Source: Octopus sinensis (Eukaryota). Taken from it: a stretch of DNA of 64,000 nt. Location of the stretch: assembly GCF_006345805.1 (NCBI RefSeq), contig NC_043019.1, positions 620,001-684,000 on the forward strand. The letters are read 5' to 3'. Below are positions 12,793 through 26,935 of the stretch, in pieces. Both the position numbers and the translations under genes were made by a program. The notes beneath the pieces were generated by a model, which saw only the letters and a program-made list of their open reading frames with translations, was not told the DNA's origin and did no database searches. Within the stretch, counting starts at the first letter, position 1. The number at the start of each line of letters is the position of its first letter.

Positions 12793-13309
12793 AGAAACTC
12801 GAGAAGAATCGATGTTAGCTTACTTGTCTCGAAACATTTCGTCTTTTATAATGTTATTTATTTAACTCAAACTATTTGCTTGCTTCATACGTATATCTTA
12901 TATTGAACACTTAATCTGATACGTATTACACAACTATAAAATAGCAGACTTGCATGAAGATATTGGTGTTTCTGATAGTAATCTAATTTACTAATTCATG
13001 TTAAGGAATTTATTTCCTGGATTTCTTTAGAAAAAAAGAATCTATTCGTGTCTAAATCCAACAATTTTACTGTATTTAAAGAATACTCGGTAAATCATTT
13101 CCACCAAAGAGCACGAATTAATTTTTTATATGGAACCAGCAAAATCAATACCGTTTTTTAAAAACGAGCAAAGATCTTTCTCACAGAAAAGAAATAATAA
13201 AGCATCAGTCCAATAAATGCAGACTTTCTGTAGTTACGTAATATGAAAGCGAAATAACATTAATAACAAATACACACACAGAAACAACGATATTAAGAAC
13301 GTTAATAAA

Positions 13310-13594
13310 ATTAATATTGATAATAATAATAATCATAACAACAACAACAATGATAATAATAATAATAATAAATATAATAATAGTAATGAATAATAATAAT
13401 AATAATAGTAATAATAATAATAATAATCACTAATAATATAATAATAATGATAATAATAATAACAATAATAATAATAATGATAATATTATAATAATATGAT
13501 AATAATAATAATAATAATATAATAATAATAATAATAATAAAATAATAATACAGCAACAAAAGTAACAGTAACAACATTAATAATAATAATAATC

Positions 13595-13630
<36 letters not shown>

Positions 13631-13710
13631 TAATAAATATAATAAACAACAACAACAACAGCAACATCATTCATAATAATAATAATAATAATAATAACAA
13701 TAATAATAAA
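13310..13710. repeat. (AAT)n/(AAC)n microsatellite
   Basis: Direct inspection. Confidence 0.95.
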
Positions 13711-13957
13711 TCACGTACCCACTGTGAGAACTTGTATCAAATCTCAACAATCTCTAAGGGCTTCTTGGTGTAGTTTTATAAATTCTCGGTACATGGAACA
13801 TGAAACATAGAATAACAAAAGATTTGTAGACAAACCCAATAGCAAGCTTTGTATAGGTGGCGCTTTGTGTACATTCATTTCTTTTGCATTTCTACTGCAT
13901 TGACATATCTGCCTGGATATACATGTGTGTGTGTGTGTGTGCATGTATGTTTGTATG

Positions 13958-14011
<54 letters not shown>

Positions 14012-14094
14012 TTATATGTATATATATATATATTTATATGTATATATATATATATATATAATATATTATATGTATATTATATATATATATATAG

Positions 14095-14139
<45 letters not shown>

Positions 14140-14304
14140 ATATATATATATATATGTATATTATATATATTATATATACACTATATGTATATATATATAA
14201 TATATATACATATATATATATATACATATATAATATATATATGTATATATATATCTGTATGAATATATATATATATATATATATGTAGTATGTATATATA
14301 TACA

Positions 14305-14337
<33 letters not shown>

Positions 14338-15215
14338 CTATATATATATATATATATATATGTGTCTGTATATAGATATAATATATGTAGTATGTATGTT
14401 ATGTATGTATTCTGTATATTTACTCTTTTACTTGTTTCAGTCATTGATACTTGATATTGAGGAAAAATATGGAATATTCTTTTGGTGATTTGCATCTTCT
14501 CAATACCGAAGCATGGCTAAAAGCCATATACTGCTCTTTCGTTTAAAGATTGTCCTTGTTAACATCAGCCCGAGACACAGGGCTTTGCAAACTGAAAGGA
14601 AGCCAAGCCTCCGTGAAGTTAATTATTAGATTAAATATTGGAAAGGATCATAAACCTTTTTCAAGTAATAATGGAATGAATATGATTAGAGGAAAGGGAT
14701 ATTCATGAGGAACATTAAACCTCTACTCGCCAGAGCTTTGAAACTCTTCAAATAAAACGTATAAAAATGATTAATTTTCCCCACTGTTTTAGAATATGGA
14801 GATTTGCATGTCTAGTAAAAGATCCATTGAGATGGTAACCATGGTAATCATTATGTTCTGGTTCAAAGCACCGTTGTCCAATTTATTTGTAGACGCTTCT
14901 TTTGGTTCCAAAGATCAGAAAATAGAAACCATTGTGATGAAAATCTTTAACACCCGCTGCTCGGTCTTCTGATGCGTTATTATGCTGGTAAATTATTCCG
15001 TCATCAACACTCAGCCAATTGTCACTTACGAACCATTGAAGTTTGGTGCATCATTTTGCTATAGGTGCAACATTGATTTTGTGGATGCTTTCCTGATTAA
15101 GGGTTTTTCTGAACCAGGTGTTGTCACAACTTAAACAAATATTAAATTTATTTAAATAATTGCACGAAACACGGTGATCTCTAAATTAGTATAAATGATA
15201 CAAGTTTATCAATAC

Positions 15216-15997
15216 CTATTTCTTTACAACACACAAGGGGCTAAACACAGAGAGGACAAACAAGGACAGACAAATGGATTAAGTCGATTATATCGACCCC
15301 AGTGCGTAACTGGTACTTATTTAATCGACCCTGAAAGAATAAAAGGCAAAGTCGACCTCGGCAGAATTTGAACTCAGAACGTAGCGGCAGACGAAATCCA
15401 TATTTCTTTACTACCCACAAGGGGCTAAACACAGAGGGGACAAACAAGAACAAACAATCGAATTAAGTCGATTATATCGACCCCAGTGCGTAACTGGTAC
15501 TTATTTAATCGAGCCTGAAAGGATGAAAGGCAAAGTCGACCGGCGGAATTTGAACTCAGAACGTAGCGGCAGACGAAATACATATTTCTTTACTACCCAC
15601 AAGGGGCTAAACACAGAGGGGACAAACAAGGACATACGAACGGATTAAGTCGATTATATCGACCCAAATGCGTTACTGGTACTTATTTAATCGACCCTGA
15701 AAGAATGAAAGGCAAAGTCGACCTCGGCAGAATTTGAACTCAGAACGTAACGGCAGACGAATACACATTTCTTTACTACTCACAAGGGGCTAAACACAGA
15801 GGGGACAAACAAGGAGAGACAAACGGATTAAGTCGATTATATCGACTCCAGTGCGTAACTGGTACTTAATTTATCGACCCTGAAAGGATGAAAGGCAAAG
15901 TCGACCTCGGCGGATTTTGAACTCAGAGCGTAACGGCAGACGAAATACGGCTAAATATCTCGCCCTGCGTGCCAACGTTTCTGCCAGCTCGCCGCCT
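15216..15997 (-). mobile_element. SINE family B array: one head plus four tandem ~185-bp bodies
   Basis: Four repeats of TTTCTTTAC...CAAGGGGCTAAACACAGAG...GAACTCAGA; the head GGCGGCGAGCTGGCAG occurs once, at 15997. Confidence 0.88.
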
Positions 15998-16321
15998 TCA
16001 GGCTTACGCTTATTGTTAGATCCCCATATATTGCATTATTATTTCTCGCACGTTCTATTGTTGCGTTATTTGAACTCATAAATTAAAATATGCCGTATAT
16101 GCTTCTTTGTCACTTCCATTATAACTTTGAAAAAAATAACTGTTAAAATCGAACCCGCACTCTTCAAAACTTGCGCTAAGAATAAGTAAAAAGGAAAAAA
16201 ATTACTACCTACTTTTACAAGTAGATGCCAGTAGTTTATCCCGTCGCCATCCGACCTTTAGTTCATGCAAATGAAAAACCGCATTATTTATGAGATGGCC
16301 TAATATATATATATGTAAATG

Positions 16322-16356
<35 letters not shown>

Positions 16357-16727
16357 ATATATATACATTTACATACACAAACATGCAAACAGAGAACAGA
16401 CAGATGCACACACACACAAATAGTCACATATATAAATATACACGTCCACAGTCATTCATTATATTATTATATCGAGAGGAGAAGAAAAGCTGGGCTGATT
16501 ACGTTGCTGCATTAACTTAAATTATTTGCATTTGAATTTTCCAGCAATTTCAAGCAATCAAATACTTAGTTAAGTGGAATGCCTAGAGCAAACAGCTGTG
16601 ACGTATGTACAGACGTCTTGAATTGGCACTGGTGACCTGCTAACATATACAGGTTGTACAGACTTTTAACGTTTTACTTCTATCTGTCAGGCAATGAATA
16701 AATATCTTTCATTATATATTGAAGTTG

Positions 16728-16766
<39 letters not shown>

Positions 16767-16787
16767 ATTATATATCTATATATATAG

Positions 16788-16840
<53 letters not shown>

Positions 16841-18062
16841 ATATATATATATATTATGTATGTATATATGTGCTATCATTTCCTTTATATCTTATAATTT
16901 AGCATTGCTATGTGTGTATTTATGTATACGTATATATCCATCCATACATACACTCACACGCATATATATATACATATATATATATATAATATTATATATG
17001 TGCTGCTATTTCTTTACGTTTTATAATTTGGCATTTAGTATGGTTTATATATACTATATATATAATGTATATATGTGTGTGTGGTGTATGTGTGTGTGCG
17101 CGTGTGCAATGTGGTTTGTGTGTGTAAAAATATATACATTTATATAAGTATATGAATACACATATATATATATATAATATATATGTGTGTGTGCGTGTTT
17201 ATATACATATAAATACATATATATGTATATATATATATATACAAGTACATGCATATATAGATAAACTTGTATGTATGATTGTATGTATGTATATTCTTAT
17301 ATACACGCACAAACATTTATATGTGTGTATTTTTGTGTGCTTCTGTGCATATGTCCGTATGTATATATTCGTTCTACACGCACACATACATGTGTGTTTT
17401 TGTGAGTGTACCTCTTTACTTATGTCCGTATGCCCGTATATTTGAACTAAACATCAAGGAACGAGCATAAAATGTTAGTGACTATGAAATAAAGCAATTC
17501 CAAACACAACTATTGAAGTTCTTTGTGATTGTTAAACACTTTCAGTTAAATTCTGATTCCTTAGAGAAACGTCGAGTTTACTCCAATTTCCTGGAAAGAC
17601 GATTTTAATTTCCGGCAGAATTGTTCTCCTTTTGCTAAGCGATTCAAACAGAACGGAGTGAAAAACGAAGGAATTTCCCTTTGTAGCTTCCAACGGATTC
17701 TTAATCAAATTTCCTAGGTGGTAACTTTGTGTCAATGAAAACCCCTTTGAATAATTACCTTGCCACAGCCATTTGCATTTTTGTGCAAACGTGAATAAGC
17801 GATCGCTGTACTATTCGTTGCGATAATGTAGAAGCGTCTACGTGTAAAGAAATAGATAACACGCATACATCAACATAGTCGTCTTTTTCGACATCACGTC
17901 GCTTTTATTCTTTTAATGAAATTAATGAAAAAAGAAACATTCCAGAATTTCAGTAGATTTATCTGAATACTTGGTTTTCTGCGAACATATTTAAGACTTA
18001 AAACTTAAGGAAAAATAAACAAAAAAACAATACAGTAGTGAAAAGTAAAATAAAATCCATTT

Positions 18063-18457
18063 CTGTGTGGTAAGTAGCTTGCTAACCAACCACATGGTTC
18101 CGGGTTCAGTCCCACTGGGTGGCACCTTGGTCAAGTGTCTTCTGCTATAGCCCTGGGCCGACCAATGCCTTGTGAGTGGATTTGGTAGATGGAAACTGAA
18201 AGAAGCCTGTCGTATATATGTATATATATATATATATTTATGTGTGTTTGTGTGTCTGTGTTTGTCCCCCTAGCATTGCTTGACAACCGATGCTGCTGTG
18301 TTTACGTCCCCATAACTTAGCGGTTCGGCAAAAGAGACCGATAGAATAAGTACTGGGCTTACAAAGAATAAGTCCAGGGGTCGATTTGCTCGACTAAAGG
18401 CGGTGTTCCAGCATGGCCGCAGTCAAATGACTGAAACAAGTAAAAGAGTAAATGAGA
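18063..18457 (+). mobile_element. SINE family A
   Basis: Same structure as 337-771, slightly 5'-clipped. Confidence 0.85.
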
Positions 18458-18863
18458 CCGTTTATTAAAACAGATATAACTTGATTAATTATTAAAATAT
18501 TTTTTCATATTAATCGTTTTTTTTTTCCAGATAATTCGCATACCTGGAACCCATTACGGATGTAAATTGAAGTTTGACTGTGTATCTCTGAATTAGGGAA
18601 TATTCTGATGAAATATGATTAAGATAAGAGACTTAAATTCATACTGGTCCTACTTATTTGCAAATATAATATCCTGTTCGCAGTTTAGAGCTTAAACAAG
18701 TAGATGTTATAGTGAGCAACCTAATGCTCCTCAGCATAAGGCAGGAACGTTGTTCAGCAATGTTGCTAATATCATTGCAACAACGCGTTTTTGTACACTT
18801 TTGCTGGATTCACTCGTTGGTTTGGGGTATTTATGTGTTCCGCCTCTAAAAATTCTGGCCACA

Positions 18864-19217
18864 TTATATACCTGTTGATATGTTCATCTCTCGCCGAACG
18901 ACAGCCTGGATGTTAGAAAGAACACCACCCTGGGCGATAGTTACTCCGGACAGAAGTTTGTTCAATTCTTCATCGTTACGGATTGCTAACTGCCAGTGAT
19001 GGGGAATAATTCTAGTTTTCTTGTTGCCTCTGGCAGCATTTCCAGCCAATTCCAACACCTCAGCAGCTAAATATTCTATTGCAGCAGCAAGGTAGACCGG
19101 GGCCCCTGCACCGACACGTTTGGAATAGTTTCCTTTGCGTAGAAGACGGTGAATACGGCCGACGGGGAACTGAAGCCCGGCACGAGAAGAGCGAGTCTTA
19201 CATTTTGCTTTTGCCAT
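18864..19217 (-). CDS. H2A: Orphan divergent histone H2A-like ORF (117 aa); short variant or unprocessed pseudogene
   Basis: [25 protein letters not shown]...AGNAA...[22 protein letters not shown] is unmistakably H2A; lacks the SGRGK N-terminus and LLPKK tail; no neighbouring histone genes and no 3' stem-loop seen. Confidence 0.85.
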   Translation of the reverse strand: MAKAKCKTRSSRAGLQFPVGRIHRLLRKGNYSKRVGAGAPVYLAAAIEYLAAEVLELAGNAARGNKKTRIIPHHWQLAIRNDEELNKLLSGVTIAQGGVLSNIQAVVRREMNISTGI

Positions 19218-19554
19218 CTGATAATCCGATAGCGGGGAACAGGGAGGAAGATACAGTGTTTTGTCTTTAGAAGTTCAAATGTGCCACAAACACATTTTAA
19301 CTAGAGTTCGTTTATTCCTAATCATTGCTTCGCGCCGATGTTGTTATATGATTATCTATTCAAAGAAGCATTGTAGAAACAACGAGATGTAACAATTACT
19401 GTGGCATGGCATTAAATGATTACATACATTAAACCTATTTAACGTGGATTACTTGATACAGTATTTGTTGTGCCAAGTAGGACAATAGCTATCGGAGGAA
19501 CAAGTGAGTCATTTCAGAAGGAAATGTCCATATCAAAATATAAATTGCATATGT

Positions 19555-19709
19555 TTAAACACCAACCCACACATACACGCACACGCACACACACACACAC
19601 GCACTCATACACAAACACAGGCACATATATCTGTATGTATAATATATATAGATATATATATATAAATACATATATATAAATATATATATATAAATATATA
19701 CATATAAAG

Positions 19710-19744
<35 letters not shown>

Positions 19745-19789
19745 CATACATGCATATATATATATATACATACATATATAAACATATAT

Positions 19790-19820
<31 letters not shown>

Positions 19821-20457
19821 CAGACACATATACACAGTGAAATATGAATATGTATATTCATTTACATTTGCACACATACATGTTCATCCGTACGTTTACA
19901 CATATGTGCACTTACACGCACACGTACATGTTTATATATATATGCATGCATACATATATACATACATACATACGTACATATCAAACAACATACATACATA
20001 CATACATACATATATACAAACATACATACATACATACATACACACATACATACATACATATATACATACATACACACATACATGCAAACATACATACATA
20101 CATTCATACACACATACATACATACACACATACATACATACATATATACATACATACACACAAACATGCAAACATACATACATACATTCATACACCCATA
20201 CATACATACATACATACACATACATACATACATACACACACACATACATACATACACACATACATACATACATACATACATACATACATACATGCATAAA
20301 AACATACACACATACATACATACATAATACATACATACATACATACATACACACACACATACACACATACATACATACACACACATACATACACACACAC
20401 ATACATACACACATACATACATACAAACATACATACATACATACACACATACATACA

Positions 20458-20488
<31 letters not shown>

Positions 20489-21385
20489 CATACATACATA
20501 CATACAGACGACATCAACTAATAATTACGCGGATGAGTTCTTGAGTAAGTAGTGCTTCAATTGGTTATTTTACTGGGCGTATAATTGATTTTCTCACTGT
20601 GGATCTTATTTATTCATTAATCTATTCTTAGTTTGGTATATTTGCATATGAGAAATTAATGAAGGGATAATGATTGCACTACAAAATCATTAACGATTGG
20701 AGTTTAAATTCTGTCGTTAACTTCTTTTTTCTTTTTGGGTAGAATCTTTTATTTCGACGTTCCTTCGGTTATTTTGCCATCCAATTTAGATCGGGTGGGA
20801 TTTCACATAGTTTAGAAATGATTTAAATAAATCCGTTGCTATTTGTGGGATTAAGCAACAATTTATAGCCACTTAATACCCGCCGTCTTCAATATAAGAA
20901 GAGAATGGCAAAATTTAAACCTTTCTAGTTTTCTCTCTGTGTAACGAAGAACATATATATACATATATATATATATATATACATACGTACATAGATATAT
21001 ACATAGATATATACATACATATATGCATACATATATACATACATACATATATACATATATACATACATATATACATATATGCATATATACATACATATAT
21101 ACATACATACATATATAGATACATACATACTTACATACACACATACATACATATATACATACAGATATACATACATATATACATATATACATATATACAG
21201 ACATACATATATACAGACATACATACATACATATATACATACATATATGCATATATACATACATATATACATACATACATATATACATACATATATACAC
21301 GCACGCATACATACATACATATACATATATATATATATATACATATAAATATATACATACATACATACATACATATATATATATC
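19555..21385. repeat. (TACA)n/(TA)n/(CA)n microsatellite field
   Basis: Direct inspection; source of the HTYI/MYVC ORFs. Confidence 0.95.
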
Positions 21386-21548
21386 ATCGTGATCACCGTG
21401 ACCGATAGGCTTTCAGATGTTTGTACACATCGCTGGTCACAATGCGCTGTACATTGTTTTACCCTTCAATATGACGCCAACCCGCTGGTTAAGCGAGCAG
21501 GCCAACAGAAGTAAGAGCGAGGGAAAGTTGTGGCGAAAGAGTACTATG
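21385..21548 (-). mobile_element. SINE 3' fragment, family-C-related with alternative tail (related copy ~10600-10730)
   Basis: Shares GAAAGTTGTGGCGAAAGAGTAC with the family C body; tail CAGATGT...CACATC.CTGGTC.CAATG...GCGAGCAGGCCAACA occurs twice. Confidence 0.55.
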
Positions 21549-21577
21549 TCTTGAAATTCTATCAGAAAAATCCATAT

Positions 21578-21749
21578 AGGCGCAGGAGTGGCTGTGTGGT
21601 AAGTAGCTTGCTTACCAACCACATGGTTCCGGGTTCAGTCCCACTGCGTGGCATCTTGGGCAAGTGTCTTTTGCTATAGCCCCGGGCCGACCAATACCTT
21701 GTGAGTGGATTTGGTAGGCGGAAAATGAAAGAAGCCTGTCGTATATATG

Positions 21750-21794
<45 letters not shown>

Positions 21795-22000
21795 ATGTAT
21801 GTGTGTGGATATGTTGTGTGTCTGTGTTTGTCCCCTAGCATTGCTTGACAACCGATGCTGGTGGTGTTTACGTCCCCGTCACTTAGCGGTTCGGCAAAAG
21901 AGACCGATAGAATAAGTACTGGGCTTACAAAGAATAAGTCCCGGGGTCGATCTGCTCGACTAAAGGTGGTGCTCCAGCATGGCCGCAGTCAAATGACTGA
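21578..22000 (+). mobile_element. SINE family A
   Basis: Head AGGCGCAGGAGTGGC to CAGTCAAATGACTGA. Confidence 0.85.
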
Positions 22001-22635
22001 CAGAAACGTTACTACGCCGGAACAAAATACTCGGCGGCATTTCCTTCGTCTTTCCTTTCTGAGCTCTAGTTCCTCCGAGTTTGATTTTGCATTCATTTGT
22101 TTGGGGTCGATAAAATAAATACCAGTCATATTCTCTGGTGGATGTAATAGCCTTTCCCCCTCCCCCCGAAAACTGCTGGCTATGCACCGAGGTTTGAAAT
22201 CATAATTGCTGAACTGTCGATCAAATCTAATCAAGTACAAAATGTAAAAGCGTACTATGAAAAGCGTACCAGGTCTCTCACTGCTGCCTTTATTACGAAT
22301 ACATTGCTGAATTTTTGTCGTTCTGTCTAACGAGAGGAACATATCAGCAGATATTTATAGGACGTCAAAACACTACGTAGAGATCTCCTTGTTAGCTCAT
22401 CTTTCGTGTCTTATACTAGGGAGCATCAATCTAGATTTCCTTTCTGTGAAGGCATAATTCCAAGAGTCAAGAAGAGACGCACCTATTCGCTGGAAGAAAA
22501 ATAACACCCAAAATCGTCTTCATATTATTGACTGCCGTCTTTCAAAGTGATTTCAAAGTGCATTTTAGTTGAATAAAACACCAGGACTTAGTTTTTAAGT
22601 CTACTTATTATTCTATCTGTCTCTTTTACCGAACC

Positions 22636-22732
22636 GCTCAATAAACACTCACAACGCCCGGTCTGGGAATCGAAACCGCGATCCTATGACCGCGAGTCCG
22701 CTGCCCTTACCACTGGGCCATTGCGCCTCCAC
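22636..22732 (-). mobile_element. SINE family C, tRNA-like head only
   Basis: Reverse complement of GGAGGCGCAATGGCCCAGTGG...GTTTATTGAGC. Confidence 0.8.
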
Positions 22733-23213
22733 CTTAGCATTACTAAAGCTAGTATGAAAATTCAAATTTTGGCTTCTATTTGTCAAGGCATAAATGCCTG
22801 CTTTTAGTTATGTAGTTATATGCTTTGTAAATGCAACACTGTATAACTGCCATTTTCGCTTTTTTGTGTGTGTTGCTTTGAAAATATTTTGTATTTATGC
22901 TATTTCTATGATATTTACGTTGGTGGCAGCGGGGCGTAATCAATGCTGACTATATTGTGAATTCTGCCTCCCATCGCTCATCGCTACCGCAGAAATTGAA
23001 AGCAATTTCGACAAACTAGGCAATGACGCTTTCAAAACCTCAGATATAAAACATCCCAGCTCATTTGAAAACTGGGAGGACAATGAAGAAATGTCCCCAA
23101 AATCAATAAGCAAAATAACCTGAAGGGATTTCTTTCAATAACGACACACGTCGCAAATCAGATTATGTCATGGAACTGTTTTTCGACTCGACATTTCACC
23201 TCCAAATACAATT

Positions 23214-23300
23214 GTAATAATAATGATAATGATGATGATGATGATGAGGATAATAATAATAATAATAATAATAATGATAATAATGATAATAATAGAAATA

Positions 23301-23369
<69 letters not shown>

Positions 23370-23610
23370 GTAATAATAATAAGAAGAATAAGAATAAGAA
23401 GAATGATGATGATGATGATAATAATATTAATAATAATAATAATATTAATAACAATAATAATAGTAATAATAGGAATAAGAATGAAAATAATAGAAATAAT
23501 GATGCTGCTGCTGATGATGATGATGATGACGACGATGATAATAATGTTGATGATGATGTTGATGACGACAAATGTTGATGATGATGATGATGACGACGAT
23601 GATGATGATT

Positions 23611-23640
<30 letters not shown>
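23214..23640. repeat. Compound (AAT)n/(GAT)n/(GGT)n microsatellite
   Basis: Direct inspection. Confidence 0.95.
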
Positions 23641-23641
<1 letters not shown>

Positions 23642-23775
23642 AGGGATTATGTTCTATGAGTCATCTGGTGTACGTTTATTTGCCTCTAAAACCCCCAGAT
23701 ACATTATTCATTTTCGAACGATGGAATAGCATTTGTAAACTTTACTCTCTTCCCGTGTGTTGTCTTCGCAAATGT

Positions 23776-23875
23776 NNNNNNNNNNNNNNNNNNNNNNNNN
23801 NNNNNNNNNNNNNNNNNNNNNNNNNNNNNNNNNNNNNNNNNNNNNNNNNNNNNNNNNNNNNNNNNNNNNNNNNNN
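23776..23875. other. Assembly gap (100 N)
   Basis: Run of N. Confidence 1.
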
Positions 23876-23953
23876 GGACACAGAAAAAAGAAAGGAGAGA
23901 AAAAGGAGAGATAAATGGTGTTGTGGCTAACGATCTATCTATCTCTATCTATC

Positions 23954-24057
<104 letters not shown>

Positions 24058-24168
24058 ATATATATATATATACAATTGAGGGTAAAATTAGTTCAGTATG
24101 TGGCAAAGTAATTTATTTTACTAAGCCCTAATTATATAATGTAATATTTTGAATATATATATATATAT

Positions 24169-24201
<33 letters not shown>

Positions 24202-24842
24202 ATAAGCAGCTAGCTTACCAACTGCATGATTCGGGGTTCAGTCGCACTGCGTGGCACCTTCGGCAAATGTCTTCTACGATAGCCCAATGCCTTGTGAGTG
24301 CATTTGGTTGACGGAGACTGAAAGAAGCCCGTCTTATATATGTATATATACATTTATGTGTATGCATATGTTTGTGTGTCTGGGTTTGTCTCCCCAACAT
24401 CGCTTGACAACCGATTCTGGTGTATTTACGTCCCCGTCACTTAGCGCTAAGCAGGGAGAGAGAGTGAGAGAGAACGAAAAAGAGAGAGAGAATGAAAAAA
24501 GCCCGAGAAAGAGAGAATCACATTTATTTAATAGGTCTGTTTGCGTCACCAAAAGGATTTTTCTAACAGTCTGTTCCACGTTGGAGAAAATAATTCATAC
24601 AAGATCTCGGTAAATATGTGAAGAACAATATATTTAATGTTACCGTACAGTAATATCATTTATATCAGTAGATAATGAAATAAAGACTTAATTAAAATTA
24701 TTCCAGACACGAATAATTGTTTCCTGCGTTTACGGCATTTATGTGAGTAAGAGAGAAAATATTAATCACGATCTACGTTTATGAAGAAACAAGTAGCTGA
24801 GTGGTTAAACAAGAGAACTTTCAATCGCAGTCTCATATTTAA

Positions 24843-25061
24843 CCCTTTAGTATTTAAACTGGCCATACCCGGCCAAAATATTTAATCTGTTTTATATTCA
24901 AACTGACCAGATCCAGGCTCTCACACCTACCCTACAATGTTATTCTACATTAAGTAATTACACCATCAAGATCTTGAAGATATGAGATAATGCATGATTA
25001 ATTCAAATCAATGGGAATCAATAAGCATTATGTTTGATGGAATAATCTGAACGCTAAAGGG
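24843..25061. mobile_element. piggyBac-type non-autonomous element (MITE), 219 bp
   Basis: TTAA|CCCTTTAG ... CTAAAGGG|TTAA: TTAA TSD with CCC/GGG termini. Confidence 0.75.
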
Positions 25062-25299
25062 TTAAAGACGCTTCCTTGGCCAAGACGCTTTACTTGTTTG
25101 CTGCAGTTACCTTAACCTCTTCACCCCCATCCAAAAAAAAAATTATAATTAAGAAAAAGCAAAACGAAATCAGCAATGATCCTGACGATGCAGCGTTAAT
25201 GAAAAAGTGGGTTCTCCAAAATACTTCGGGCATAAAGGGGCCTACATCCGGTTAGGACTGCTATGAGTTACCTACAATTTATTACTTTTTTACCGCTTT

Positions 25300-26137
25300 A
25301 CTTGTTTCAGTTATAGACTATGGCCATGCTTCAGCACCACCTCGCAAAGTTTTAGTAGAAGAAATCGACCCCAGGGGTTATTCTTTATAAACCTAGTACT
25401 TATTCTAGCGGTATTTATGCCGAACCACTAAGCGACGGGGACATAAACACAACGGTATCGGTTGCCAAGCGATGGTGGGGAAGATAAATACATACACACA
25501 CGCATTAATATATACATGCATATTTAAGCGCAGGAGTGGATGTGCGGTAAGTAGCTTGCTTACCAACAACATGGTTCCGGGTTCAGTCCCGCTGCGTGGC
25601 ACCTTGGGCAAGTGTCTTCTGCTATAACATCGGGTCGACCAAAGCCTTTTGAGTGGATTTGGTAGACGGAAACTGAAAGAAGCCCGTCGTATATATGTAT
25701 ATATGTATGTGTGTGTGTGTGTGTGTGCATGCTTGTGTGTCTGTGTTTGTCCCGCAACATCGCTTGATAACCGATGCTGGTGTGTTCACGTCCCTGTAAC
25801 TTAGTGGTTCGGCAAAAGCCACCGATAGAATAAGTACTAGGCTTATAAAGAATAAGTCCTGTTGTCGGTTTCCTCGACGTAAAGCGGTGCTCCAGCATGG
25901 CCACAGTCAAATGGCTGAAATAAGTAAAAGAGTAAAAGAGTAAACATATATACATATATATATATTAATATACGACGGGCTTCTTTCAGTTTCCGTCTAC
26001 CAAATCCACTCACAAGGCTTTGCTCGGACCAAGGCTTTAGTTGAAGACACCTACCTAAAGTATCACGCAGTGGGACTGAACCCGAAACCAGATGTTTGGG
26101 AAGCAAGCTTCCTACCACACAGCTACACCTACGCCTA
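25300..26137. mobile_element. Nested SINE family A cluster (plus copy 25527-25942 inside an older minus copy)
   Basis: Minus 3' half ~25300-25500, full plus copy, minus 5' half ~25960-26137. Confidence 0.7.
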
Positions 26138-26386
26138 TGTATTTCTTGTTTACATCTAAATACTAAAGCTAAGCCCAGTGATATCACTTAAACAATGAAA
26201 CGATATAACTGAAAGTCAAGGCAAACCATGTGTTATTTCTCTAAAGAACGGAATGGGCTTTAAGTAGATTATATTAATTTTTCAATTGTACGAAACGATC
26301 GTAAATTATCAACATTTCTAACAGTCCACCTTCTGGTGCAAGGGATTAAATATTTTCCTTATTTCTTGTAAAATACTCAAATAAAT

Positions 26387-26935
26387 GTGAAGGTGCATGG
26401 CTTAGTGAGGGCATACGGCTCCTGGTCGTATCATGATTTCAATTCGAGGGGATGCGTTGTATCCTTGAACAAGACACTTTATTTCACGTTTCTCCAGTCA
26501 ACGCAGCTTGCATAAATGATCAGTACCTGTATTTCAAAAGGCCAGCCTGGTCACCCCCTGTTTCACGCTGAATCTCTCTGAGAAGTACGTTAAGAGTGCA
26601 CTTGTCTGTGGAATACTCAGTCACTTGCACGTTAATTTCACGAGCAGGCTGTTCCGTTGATAGGCGGCGAAGTGGCAAAAACGTTAGCACGCCAGGCGAA
26701 ATGCTTAGCAATATTTCGTTTGCCGTTACGTTCTGAGTTCAAATTCCGCCGAAGTTGACTTTGCCTATCATCCTATCGGGGTCGATAAATTAAGTACCAG
26801 TCACGCACTGGGGTCGATATAATCGACTTAATCCGTTTGTCTGTCCTTGTTTGTCTTCTCTGTGTTTAGCCCCTTGTGGAGGGTAAAGAAATAGGATCAA
26901 CTAGAATACACGTTGTCGTAACCGACGGAGAGCCG
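26387..26935 (+). mobile_element. Degenerate SINE family D with a nested family B copy (26662-26894)
   Basis: Head GTGAAGGTGCATGGCTTAGTG; C/D-type tail ...GCTGTTCCGTTGAT [family B] GATCAAC...CGTAACCGACGGAG. Confidence 0.75.

Noticed and set aside
14790-15130. Moderately open frames on both strands
   Set aside because: No recognisable motif; not distinguishable from random sequence
22270-22489. Minus-strand exon-like segment upstream of H2A (TTTTTCTTCCAG ... CTG|GTACGC)
   Set aside because: Stops in all frames at its start, and its internal ATG frame would splice out of frame with H2A; cannot be supported without transcripts
22960-23123. Short protein-like frame EIESNFDKLGNDAFKTSDIKHPSSFENWEDNEEMSPK
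   Set aside because: No start, no family match that I recognise, and no partner exons identified
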